DNA of 64,000 bases from Sminthopsis crassicaudata (lineage: Eukaryota). Shown in pieces: positions 29,490-40,573 of this stretch (position 1 is the first letter of the stretch; every line of letters begins with the position of its first letter). The stretch spans positions 103,571,919 to 103,635,918 of the forward strand of contig NC_133618.1 of the NCBI RefSeq assembly GCF_048593235.1. The letters run 5' to 3'. A program made the translations under genes and the position numbers. The notes under the pieces were generated by a model, which was not told where the DNA came from, did not search any database, and worked only from the letters and a program-made list of their open reading frames with translations.

Positions 29490-29691
29490 GGCAAACATGC
29501 AAAATTCAAGAAATATGTGGGGCACGGTGCCCATGTCACCAATGTCAGATGGCTACATAATGATTCCGTACTGCTAACTGTAGGTGGTGCTGATACTGCT
29601 CTGATGATCTGGACAAGAGAATTTGTCGGAACCCAGGAAAGTAAATTGGTTGACAGTGAGGAGTCAGATACTGATGCTGAAGAAGATGGAG
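29490..29691 (+). CDS. EML6: EML6 window exon 10 (202 nt), end of TAPE2 and acidic linker
   Basis: gtgttacag|GGC AAA ... GAT GGA G|gtaagt; [67 protein letters not shown](G). Confidence 0.95.
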
Positions 29692-29809
29692 GTAAGTCAA
29701 ACACTATCAATAAATGAATTGATTTTGTTTTTCCCCATTTATGCATAAATCTTCATGTGTTCCTTCACTAAAACTACAATTTCTAATCTTGTCACTTTTG
29801 TGATTTGAG

Positions 29810-29936
29810 GCTATGACAGTGATGTTGCCAGGGAAAAGGCCATTGACTATACCACTAAGATCTACGCGGTAAGCATCAGGGAAATGGAAGGCACTAAGCC
29901 ACACCAACAGCTGAAAGAGATTTCAATGGAGGAAAG
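29810..29936 (+). CDS. EML6: EML6 window exon 11 (127 nt), linker; GAG acceptor
   Basis: gtgatttgag|GC TAT ... GAA AG|gtatgg; YDSDVAREKAIDYTTKIYAVSIREMEGTKPHQQLKEISMEE(R). Confidence 0.92.
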
Positions 29937-30007
29937 GTATGGCAGTCTATGGTTTGTTTGTGTTCACTACGTTGTTCCGTTATATTTATCCTTTTTCTCT
30001 TAAGTAC

Positions 30008-30305
30008 TTTAGAATTGATTGAAGACATGGGAGACACTGGCACAAGACCGCCCAGCATGGCGTGCCCTCATCAGAGAAAGTGCTGTGCTCTGTGAGCAAA
30101 GCAGAACTGAATTAGCTCAGAAGAAATGCGAGATGCACTGTTAGAAAATCCACTCCAAATGTTCATATGGACTATTTGTTACTGACTGTGGTGGAACAAT
30201 CCAAACTTGTATTGGTCTGATCAGCCACAGTCAGACACACTGTAATTCGGTTCTAACATAGTGATATCATTTTGGTCCTCTTCAAGAATGGAGAAAAACA
30301 AGCAA
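30008..30305 (+). mobile_element. RTE-clade LINE 3' fragment
   Basis: From 30028 reads WETLAQDRPAWRALIRESAVLCEQSRTELAQKKCEM, typical of the RTE ORF C-terminus, followed by ttggtctgatcagccacagtc and the 3' UTR. Confidence 0.75.
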
Positions 30306-30825
30306 CCAATTTATCCCGTTACCTGCCCTTGAATTTACATTTAACACAATTTCTTATATTTATTATCTGAATATTTCTGCCATGAAAAATGAATTCTGAG
30401 GTTATGGTGAACATTGAGGACACTGACTTCATTGAGGAAGATTTTCTTTATTCAAAATTTAAGCAGCAATTCCAGGATTATAACAGAAACTTTTTGGTTA
30501 TATAGTGGGCATAAGCCACTGTAGAAGATTCAAGAAACATTTGAAATTACTCAGATTCAGGATTTTACATTTAAGATATATTATGAGGATTGTGATAAAA
30601 CTAGAAAAAAACTTTTATACTAGTTTGAAACCTTTCAAGATATAGTCCAGTAGCTAGAGAATTGGTACTGAAGTAAAGAAAACCTGGGTTTAGACCTTGC
30701 TTCCAATCAATACTGTATCCAGATGGGTCATTTAACCTTTTGAAGAACTACACAACTTTCTAAATTTCAAAGAAAGTGAAAGCTGCATTGGAAAAGGAGG
30801 TTCCTCCTCTAAGAATCCTCTATAC

Positions 30826-30993
30826 CAGGGGTTCACAAACTATAGCCTAGGAACCCAATTCAGCTCATTGCCTATTTTTGTACAGCACTAGACCTAGCAC
30901 AATTAAAATGCAAAAATTACTCTTAGCTAGTAGGCCATACATAAACAGAAGGCAGGTGAATTTGGCCCTTAGGTCACAGTTTGCTGATCCCTG
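30826..30993. mobile_element. hAT-Charlie type MITE (MER58-like), 168 bp
   Basis: TIRs CAGGGGTTCACAAACT ... AGTTTGCTGATCCCTG; 8-bp TSD CTCTATAC / CTTTATAC (30818-30825, 30994-31001). Confidence 0.8.
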
Positions 30994-32039
30994 CTTTATA
31001 CCAATGAAATCACTATCTCTAGCTCTTTGTATATTTAATGAAACTAGATTAAAACAGAACATTTTGTTTACTCCTATATAAATAAAATCATCTCAAATTA
31101 GTAATATGCACATACTACTGTAGGGAGAAGTAATAATAAAATCATCTTTCTAGGGAGAATCATCTGCTACCACAAGCAGAGTGACAAAGGACTAGACTCT
31201 TGTATGAAGTATAGAATGTTGTTATAGCATTTCACTTGAGAAAGGAAAGATATTAGGAGGGCTTCTTGTTTCAGTGCCCAGTACATTGACTTTCACAGCC
31301 TCCACAAAATCTTCACCAAATACTATGTGTAAACAAGAAAGGCTTCCAGAGTGAAATGAACAGGAACTACCAGGACTCTGAAAGGCTTTGACTGAGGAGA
31401 ATTTATTGAGCTGTGAAAGTACATTTTATCTGTGTGGACCTAACCATAGTCAAAAATATGGCTTCAATTTCTTCCATGCTATTTATTTTCTGTGAACAAA
31501 CTGAGTAAAATATTTGGGCCTCAAATAGCTTTTCACTGTCACAGATGGCGACAGACCTTTTGAGCAGAATTTCTCTTTTCCTTATTTTCTTCATATAAAA
31601 AAGGAGATTGCTGGTACTGTTTCATACTTTTTAATAGGTTGTTTCATAAGGATTGATAATTGTTAAAACATTTCAGCTTCTCTGAAAAAGGGTGCTTATT
31701 ACAAAATTGAACATATTAAAATTGGGGTGTCTATCGATAGACATTTTAAACTTTTTACCTCTTTGGTATCCTCAAGTATGTTTCACTTAATAATAATAGC
31801 TCCATTTAGATAGCTTTTTAAGTTTTGAAAAATATTTTACATATATTGTTTTACTTGTTACTTACAACAAGGTGTTTTAGGTGATGTTATTATATTCATT
31901 TTATAGAAGAGAACAAATGAAAGTTGAGAGAGTTAAAATGACTTGTCCAGAGTCATAGAGCTAGTGAAGTGTGTTTTGAAACCTAATTATCCTGATTCCA
32001 AGTCCTGAGCTCTACCTATACTATACCATAAAGACATTT

Positions 32040-32220
32040 GAAAAATTCATCATTGAAATGTGAAATGTGCAAACGTAGAGACATCTTCATTCTAAATGTT
32101 GTTATGATCTACTTGTGCCTAACCTGTGTAGAGCCTTCTTGGTCTGATCAGCTACAGTCAAATACACTGTACCTTCACCAACATAATGATGTCATTTTGA
32201 TCTTTTTTGAACACAAAATA
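32040..32220 (+). mobile_element. Second, more decayed RTE 3' fragment
   Basis: ttggtctgatcagctacagtcaaatacactgta...tgatgtcattttgatc; homologous to 30215-30285. Confidence 0.6.
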
Positions 32221-32763
32221 CAGTAATCATTTATGATATTGTAAAGTGTCTTTGCCTAGGAAGAACAATTAAGTTTGCTTGTTTAATATATTGTTTGTTT
32301 GGCATACAAATAATATATTTATGTGATTGTTCTAAACAAATCTCTAGTATTAGGTTGAAATATAGACAGACAAAAATCAAATTTCTTTCTTTATTTCTGT
32401 CATTCCATATACTAGAGTAAGCCTATAAAAATGGTTTTGTGGATGGCATCAGTATATTTTGAAGATTATTTGTTCTCAATTTTTCAGTTTTATGATATGT
32501 TGCAAGTTTGATTTTTTTAAGGTTGTAAAAGTTTAATAGAATCATGTATAATATAGTTTAATTACAGTGTGGTTTAAGGGAGTCATAGGACTCCTCTTAA
32601 ATGACTAAGAAAAATAAGAGAAATTGAATTATCATGCAAGTAGATGTGTGGGTTCTTCCGTAATATATTAAATCTAAAAGCTTGGTTTGCCTAAATTAAT
32701 TGCCTTCTCTTCGAAGAAAATTTTACTACCTGCCAAATACCATATATAATATAACCAAATGGG

Positions 32764-32840
32764 TTGTGGAGGAGGAGGAAGAGGAGAAGGAGGAAAAGGA
32801 GGAAGAGGAAGAATGGTGATGGTAGTGGTAGTGGTTGTTG
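32764..32840. repeat. (GGA/GAA)n then (GGT)n trinucleotide-type low-complexity run
   Basis: ggaggaggaggaagaggagaaggaggaaaaggaggaagaggaagaatggtgatggtagtggtagtgg. Confidence 0.85.
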
Positions 32841-35129
32841 TAATCTGTATAACAATAGCCAGTTTCTGCACATTTCATCAGATTTTGTTCTGCCTGTATC
32901 CAATTTGTTTATGAAGATAATCAGAAGTGAACCATGCTGCTTTCTAGTGTCTTCAAATCATCTGGCCATAACATGTATTATGACACTCAGTTCTCTTAGA
33001 TTCCTTTTCTTTAAGCAATATAACCTGATTTCCAACCTATGCCCAGGCTTATCAATTCCTTTTCTCTTTTCTGCTTTTCACACCCCAGTTTAGGCATTTT
33101 TAAATCCTTCAGCAAACATCCAGAGTTTTGCTCTGCATTTTGATCCAAATGGCTTGCTCAATTTTTTTGCTTTAGATAAAGAACCTTTTTGGGACCTCAT
33201 TTACTTGAAAAAGTAAAAATGGAAATTTGTAATCCTGTCGTATAATTAAGTATATTTATTGTACAAGAGTTTCCTTATTAGTTCAGAAAAAGTTGATATC
33301 TATGGAAGCAAATGTTAAGGAACCCCAATTAATGAACTTGGAATCAGGAAACGCTGGGTTCTGGTGCTTTCTAGTAGTATGATTAGTAGTATGATCACTG
33401 ACAAGTCACTTAACTTGAGCCTCAAATTTTTTCCATTGTCAAAATGAAGGTAATATTATATCTAATCTCTACCTCATAGATTCAAATATGATGATATATG
33501 ATGATGACTGGCAAATGTCAAAACTCTATATAATTATTATTAACTTAGAAAGAGGGGATCAATATAATGTTTCTTAAGGAACTCTTTTTTTTTTCCTCTG
33601 GCTGGTTTTTCAAGCAATTTTGCTTGTAAGATTTTACTTTAGCAGCCTTCCAGATGAAATCACATTCCACCTACTTGAAAGCAATCAAGACCAATGAGAT
33701 GGCATTGCCATTTATCTCAGAGGGGGTAAAAATGGTTTTCTTTGCAGTGGAGATATGAGTATGTAATGGGAATTTGTAAAGCTATTGAGAACACCTCACT
33801 GTTAAAATTAATTATTTCTCATTTGATTACTTGAAACAAATCTTGGTCACATCTTGAGTAGATATGCATCATGCCCATGTGCAATACCTCACATATTTTA
33901 GATACTTTTTACCTAGCCACCATAATGATTTTAATGTCAATCTTATAGAGAGCAAGCAAATTAAAAGGGTCCTTATGGTTTCCCTCAGATGCAACTTGTA
34001 TCATATCTTCATGATACTAGATATCCAGATAAAAAATTGAATTAAATTCACATAAAGGTAGAGATTCAGAACAGAGCTTTGACTCCCAGACCAGAGTTCT
34101 TTCCATTATACCAAAATGATTCTTTATTTTTATTCTTTTCTTAAGGTGTAATGGTTAGTTACAAAGAAAGGAAGTTTCCTAGTCAATTCTACCTAAAGCT
34201 TTAGACTAAGCGAATAGAATTGTCCATAAGCTAAACAGAGTATGAGGAAATATCAGATGAACCCACCAATGATAAACAAAAGCTTATATTTCCAAAGATG
34301 TATAAGGGAGGAAAAATGAACAGTCATCACAAATAAAGGAATTATGCAACCTTAAAAATGACTTCAAGGGAAAATGGGATTCTTCTCTGATCCATACAGA
34401 TACAAAGAAATGTAGAAATCTTGTGTATAACATTTTCAACCATCTAAAATTTATTGCTGCCTATACATATCATCATTTTAATACCAATATTATTCCAAAC
34501 CTATGATTCAACAACACCATGATCTTTAGGCCAAAATTGCTGAAAACCCAAGTGGCAACAATGAAAAAGATGCAGGTTAGTGAAAGCAGACTGCTGCTCT
34601 AGACTAACAATTATTTCCACATAAGATGTAACATAAAAGATATCATCAAAGATATTTATGACTAGAATATGAAGGAGAATGGACAGAATGTAAGCTCCTT
34701 GAGGGAAGGAACTATTTTATTTTTGTCTTCATATGTATGCTCAGAGCTCTACATGGCATTTAATAGGCTCTTAACAAACTCTTGTTGACTAGTTGATTAA
34801 TTGATTAATTAATGTAACAAGAGTAAGGGAAAATAGCTGGGTGGCCCAATAGTAATATGGATAATACAAGAATTTGCAAAAGAATTAGAAGGCCTAATTG
34901 TATGAAGCAGATCTTCTTTCTAGAAGGAAAGAAGCCATTAACAAAAATTAAATAATATGAGCTGCTTAGACATTTTGGGGCATGAAAAGGAAAATGGAAG
35001 TTATTTCTATCATATGATCTCAATCTCGGTGAAATAAGAGACTGGGTCACCTGCTCTATGTGTTGAAGATGGGAAAACACTTAAGAGACAAAAGGAGAAA
35101 AGTTTTAAATCCGTCATTGTGTAGCACAA

Positions 35130-35550
35130 TGTCAAGTTCTGATCGTCTCTCAATTGTAATCCTTCTCTGGGAGGAGGTTTCTTTTCTCTATGAATCTTTT
35201 TCTCTGTCCTCTTCACTTGCGAATCCACCAGACGTCTTCTCCTTGATCCAATCCAGAACTGCTCCTCCAGGCCACAGTCCCAACTCTGGCCCAGACTCGA
35301 CTCTCTCCTTGCTCAATGGTGTCTTCTTTTATCCTTCCAGAGAATGGGCATGTGAGAATGCAAGGGCTTGTGGGAAAATTACTTCTACCAATGAACTTGC
35401 TCCTTTTAAACATGCAAGCTCCTCCCCAGAAGTTCAAAGGGGTAAAACTCCCCTTAAAGGCCAGAACTAGAGAATCGTTAAGTACCGACTTAGCACTTAG
35501 TAAGAACCTAATATCTCATTATCTCATTAACACTTAGTAAGAACCTAACA
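35130..35550 (-). mobile_element. Solo ERV LTR, 421 bp, with 6-bp TSD
   Basis: TG...CA ends; imperfect terminal inverted repeat TGTCAAGTTCT / AGAACCTAACA; TSD GCACAA at 35124-35129 and 35551-35556; GC-richer than flanks. Orientation from ATTGG and GATAAAA on the minus strand is tentative. Confidence 0.8.
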
Positions 35551-35561
35551 GCACAAAGTAT

Positions 35562-35712
35562 NNNNNNNNNNNNNNNNNNNNNNNNNNNNNNNNNNNNNNN
35601 NNNNNNNNNNNNNNNNNNNNNNNNNNNNNNNNNNNNNNNNNNNNNNNNNNNNNNNNNNNNNNNNNNNNNNNNNNNNNNNNNNNNNNNNNNNNNNNNNNNN
35701 NNNNNNNNNNNN
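35562..35712. other. Assembly gap (151 N)
   Basis: Run of N. Confidence 1.
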
Positions 35713-37016
35713 TCATTCTCAATTGCTCAAGATAATAAAAGAAAGTTTTTAAATGAATTGCAAAAAAACCCAGGTAATGATTCCAAATGCAAATTAGACA
35801 TTTAATGATATTTAATAGCATTTGCTAGTTGGTCTGTTAATTTTTATTTTGTTCTCCCTAAACCAGTTTAGCATATCTATTTAAAATATTAATTTAGAGA
35901 TTCCATGTAATTATAGAAAATTGTTACTTGAAAAATTATTATTAGAAAAACAATATTGCACAGAATCATAGCACACTGACTTTTGGGAAGAATGAAAACA
36001 TCATAGATATATTTAAGCTCTCTTCCTATAGTACCTGATAAACCTAAGGCCTAAAATATCCTTACAGTTATACATTCACACAAAAAAAGAATACTAGGAT
36101 TTTTAATTGATATTCAAATGATCTCTGAAGTCCTTCAAGTAAGTCTCCAATCTCCTATTTCTTCATCTATAAAATGAAGAGATGGCACAACAATCATATT
36201 GGGAAGCTAAAATTTTATCATATAAAAATTATGTATTTGATTTTTAGCCTGATTTATTCCACACACCTGCAAAGAGTTTAAGGAGAAAGTAAGTTCATCC
36301 AAATTTGATATAAAACATATTCTTTACCTAGTTGTCAAATAAAATTCTATGCAGGGAATCACCTGCTTTCAAGTAGCTTAAAGTCTGACGGGGAAAACAC
36401 AATCTTATTAGCACAAGAGAAGACCCAGCAAAAAGTAATATAATTCTTGACCTAGACAAACTATCATTGAATAGTGTTGATATCTTTTTCATTTTTAGTA
36501 TGGGCAAAATAAATAATTTATAATTATTTTCTTTCCTCTTCTGCACTTTGTTTTTTCCATCTCTCCTACTCCTTTTTTGTCCATTCTTTCCTACTTCTTT
36601 TCTATATTGTTTTATAAATCTTTTCTTCTTCCTTTTCATCTTTTCATTTCTTGCTTTCCTGATCCAAGGACAAATTGCTCTCGATTTTACCTGTGTTTCA
36701 GGAGTTGTGTTTGATTGGGGAGGGTTGTAAGAGTGATCTAATGGGGCTAGAGTACCCATTTGACTTGAAGGAACAACCTAGATAATCTCCTACACAATCT
36801 TACACAGTTCAAAGTCATGCTATTACATCTTAGGTATGAAGCAATTTTTTTTCATTTCTCTCATAGAAACTAAAGACAGGGATTTAAAAAAACAGTGTGA
36901 ACCCTTTTTAATATAAAAATAAAATACCTTAAATGATTGCAAAGAGGACTGAAATAGGAGAAAGGAAATCTAGATTCTGATCCTGTTTCTATTCTTACCT
37001 AGCTATATGGCTTTAT

Positions 37017-37136
37017 TTTTTTAGCTTTTTATTTTCAAGATATATGCATAGTTTTCAACATTTACCCTTGCAAAACTTTGCATTCGAATTTTTTTTCTCC
37101 CTCCCTTCTCCCCACCCTCTCCCTTAGACAGCAACT
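37017..37136 (-). mobile_element. LINE-1 extreme 3' end fragment
   Basis: ttttttagctttttattttcaagatatatgcatagttttcaacatttacccttgcaaaac...cccttagacagcaa. Confidence 0.7.
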
Positions 37137-38879
37137 ATTAAACAGGTCGTTTCATCTCTCTGTGATTCAGGGTCTTCTATAAAATACGGGAGCTGGCCTA
37201 AGTTACCTCCAAAATCCCTTCTACCTCTGGAAGTACAGCATTTTAATGGAAAATAAGTTAAATCTATTTTCCAAATGAAGATGCTGAGGATGGGTCCCTT
37301 TTATTGACAAATTTATATCCCTTTTCATCCACATGATCATTCTCACATCTCTAAGAGTCTAAATAGAAGAGTGAAGAAAGTAGTATTTAATGCCAAAGAA
37401 CTTTGTTGAGAAAACTTTGATTTCAATAATAGAATGTATAGTCTCATTTAATCCTAATACATGGTCTCCTTTAACCTAGTTTCATAACATATGAGTCTAT
37501 GGCATCTGGGTATTATAAGTTGTCTAAATCACATTACAAATATTTCATAAGTGTCTTCTTAAAAGAAATTGTAATTTCATTATTTTTTCAATGACTTCCT
37601 ATAGCGGTGCAAGTAGCATATCTTCAAACAATGACCAACACACAAGAAAATGTCCTAAGCGACAGTATATGTAAGAAAGTATAAAATCAGAAAAGGAAGT
37701 GAGCCCAAAAAGGAGGGGTGGGGGATGGAATGTGGAAGAACATTCCAAATAATGCACTGGAATACAAGAAATATATGAAGGGATAAAAAAAAACAAACAA
37801 ACTCGTAACCTGTTAATTAATCATCTCTCAAAGATGTGAAGAACAGAAAATTGCTCAGGATCAGAGGCATGGTTGGCTTGTAATCTGCTGGACAGAAGGA
37901 AATACCCACATTGATGGAATTGCAAATCCTTTCAAAAAATGTCAATAACCAAAAGAGAGGGTACTATTACTTCCTTTTCAATTGATATAGTCCATTTCTT
38001 TGGCTCTTTAATCATCAATAGTTCAATTCTGTCTTGAAACTTTAAACCCAAGTGGGAGTATTTAACTTGCATTTGCTCCACAAAGTAATAAAGGTCCCGG
38101 CAAAAACCCCATTGGTGACTATAGATAGAAATTTCAGTGGAGTATGTTGTACAAATAAATGAAGGAATAAATGAAAAGGTATTTTTTAATCATCTACTAT
38201 GTGCCAAACACTTTGTTAAATATTGAGAGTACAAATAGAAAAGTGAGACACTCCCTGTTTTCTAGTTTACATTCTAATCAAGGGAGAAAAAACATAATAG
38301 GAAAGTTCAGTCACAGATCAACTAAGAAGTGTCCAGTGTTTCTTAGGATGTGGCCAGGTAGCCCAGGAATCCCTGGAATACAACTCTTAGGATGCATTAC
38401 CGCAATAATGAACCCAGGAATCCCTGGGGTGCATTAACATCTCATATGGCAATGCCCAAGAGGCTCCAGGGAATTTTATCTGGGCTTTGAGAGGCCATGT
38501 CTGCAAGAGGGTGGAAGTAGGGGATAGTAAATGAACCAAACTCATGAGTGTTGGCAAAAAGGGAGTAGGCCAGAGGGTCAAAAGTTATCTAGTGTCCCTT
38601 GGGATTGGGCAATAGTTTGGGGGTAGCTTCAGCTCAAATATAAACATGCAAAAATGACATAACGTGAAAATTCAACTATCTACTCCAAAATATTTCTACA
38701 TATGTGATTTTCCCACCTTGCTCACTAGTCCTATTCATCTTTCTATGCAGTTTTTGGGAGCCATGCTCTCAGAACAGTTCTAAAACATGGGTAGAGAACA
38801 ACAAGATTTCTGCTTCTTTTGGTCAATTGATTTAAGTGTGTTTGAAGGAAATGAAATTACAATACATAATAGAGTCAGG

Positions 38880-39175
38880 AGGTTGAGTTGTTTCTGATCC
38901 CATTTGGAGTTTTCCAGGCAAAGATATTCGAGGTTTTGTTATTTCCTTTCCCAGCTCATTTTACAGATAAGGAAACTGAGGAAAATTGGGGTTAAGTGAT
39001 TTGCTGAGAGTCACAAAGCTGATAAGTGTATGAGGCCACATTTGAATTCATGCTCTCCTAACTCCAGAGTCAGCACTGTCCACTGTGCAATCTAGCTGTC
39101 TGGGGTCAAGAGGACCTGTAGTCAAATGTTGCTTCTGATGCATAATGACTGTGTGATGTACATAAGTCACTTAAC
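38880..39175. mobile_element. MAR1-like SINE (minus) abutting a second CORE-SINE fragment (plus)
   Basis: cccatttggagttttccaggcaaagata...cagctcattttacagataaggaaactgagg...; then aagaggacctgtagtcaaat...aagtcacttaacc. Confidence 0.6.
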
Positions 39176-39176
39176 C

Positions 39177-40573
39177 TAACAGTTCCCAAACATGTTGTTC
39201 TCAAGACTCCTTTACATTTTTAAAATTACTAAGGACCCCAAAGATATTTTGTTTATGTGGATTATTTCTATTGATATTTGTAATATTATAAAGTAAGGTT
39301 GAAGAATTTGTTTAATTCATTTAAAAAAGCAATGCTAAACTCATCATGTTGATATAAATAGCATATTTTTAAGAAAAATAATTATATTTTCCAAAACAAA
39401 TTGGACTGAGAAGAATGGCATTGTTTTATATTTTTGTAAGTTTCTTTAATATTCTGCTTATCCTGCTGGATTTTCATATCTGTTTCTGGGTTCAATGTAT
39501 TGTGACATATTGCTTTGGTTGAAGTGTATGAATAGCAATCCAGTTAACACAGAGAAGTAGTTGCAAAATGAAAGAGTAGATTAATAATATAATCATGGAT
39601 GATCTTTTATGCCATACCAAAATTCAGTAAATAGTAGTTTCATAAAGATTAATTATAATGTGAACTCTGAAACCATATCAATGAACTTTTCACACTCTGT
39701 TACATTACAATCCATTAGACTGTCTTACACTTTAAATGGATATTCTACCATGTTCGTAACATCATGTATTTGGTCACTGGGTTCAACTGAGCTAAACCAG
39801 ATCTTCCAAATGCTGATATATTTCACTATATGATATAAAAAAATAACATTCATGATCATCACCATTGAATCATCACAACCAATCTCATCAGAAAAGTCTC
39901 TAAATGGGGGAAAGCTATCAAGGTCACCATAGGGTATACAAGTTTCCAAAAATTCTTATTTTGAAAGGTGCTCAAGAATCAAAATTTAATAAAAGGAACA
40001 ATTTTTATTATTTTATTATTATTATTTTTAAGTAAAATTAGCAATTTTTGGCTAAATAATATTAAACACTAGCTATATTGAGAGTTCATAGTGATGAAGA
40101 ATATGACCAGTGGTACAGTTAGGTGCTATTGCCTTGATTCATATGTGCAGTTTTGCTTACTGTTGCTTTTTATACCATCAGTGCAAAGGTCAACACAATT
40201 GCTCCAAGATAAATCATGAGATTCAAAAACAATTACTCAACACAGAATATTTCAGCACCACTTGTGTTTGTTGCTAAATATTCACATAAAAGATCTTTTT
40301 CAGTGATTAATTGGTGCTGATACAGAACAGATATGAACAAAATAGCAAGTTGGGCCATGTCTACTCGTTTGTAAGGTAAAGATACAGTTCTGTAGATGAG
40401 ATATTAACTTGGTCTTCATGTTTGCAACTAAATATTTAATTCACACAGGTCTTGTAGCCACTAGAAAACTCCAATGTACACCTGAATGAGGAGATGAAAA
40501 GGGCAAATGATGCTTTAGTATTTTTTATGCTGCTGACCTAAAAATGTCTTGGAGATCACACTTTAAGGTGTTG
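39177..40573 (-). mobile_element. Charlie1-type hAT DNA transposon fossil (transposase remnants on minus strand)
   Basis: Start aacagttcccaaac...ctcaagactcctttacatttttaaaattactaaggaccccaaaga and end ggagatcacactttaaggtgttg resemble the Charlie1 ends as I recall them. Minus ORF 39725..39949 (LDSFPPFRDFSDEIG...VEYPF) resembles a Charlie/Buster transposase C-terminal region. Confidence 0.75.

Noticed and set aside
31728-31743. Perfect 16-bp palindrome TGTCTATCGATAGACA
   Set aside because: About one palindrome of this length is expected by chance in 64 kb, and there is no supporting context.
32385-32430. Strong pyrimidine tract and tag|AGTAAGCCTATAA as a possible extra exon in the linker intron
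   Set aside because: It reads into a stop after three codons, has no convincing downstream donor and no paralog support. The A|gtaagc reading would imply a 1-nt exon.
32674-33093. Pro-rich or Arg/Lys-rich ORFs over the GGA/GAA repeat
   Set aside because: Translations of a simple repeat, with no splice sites or homology.
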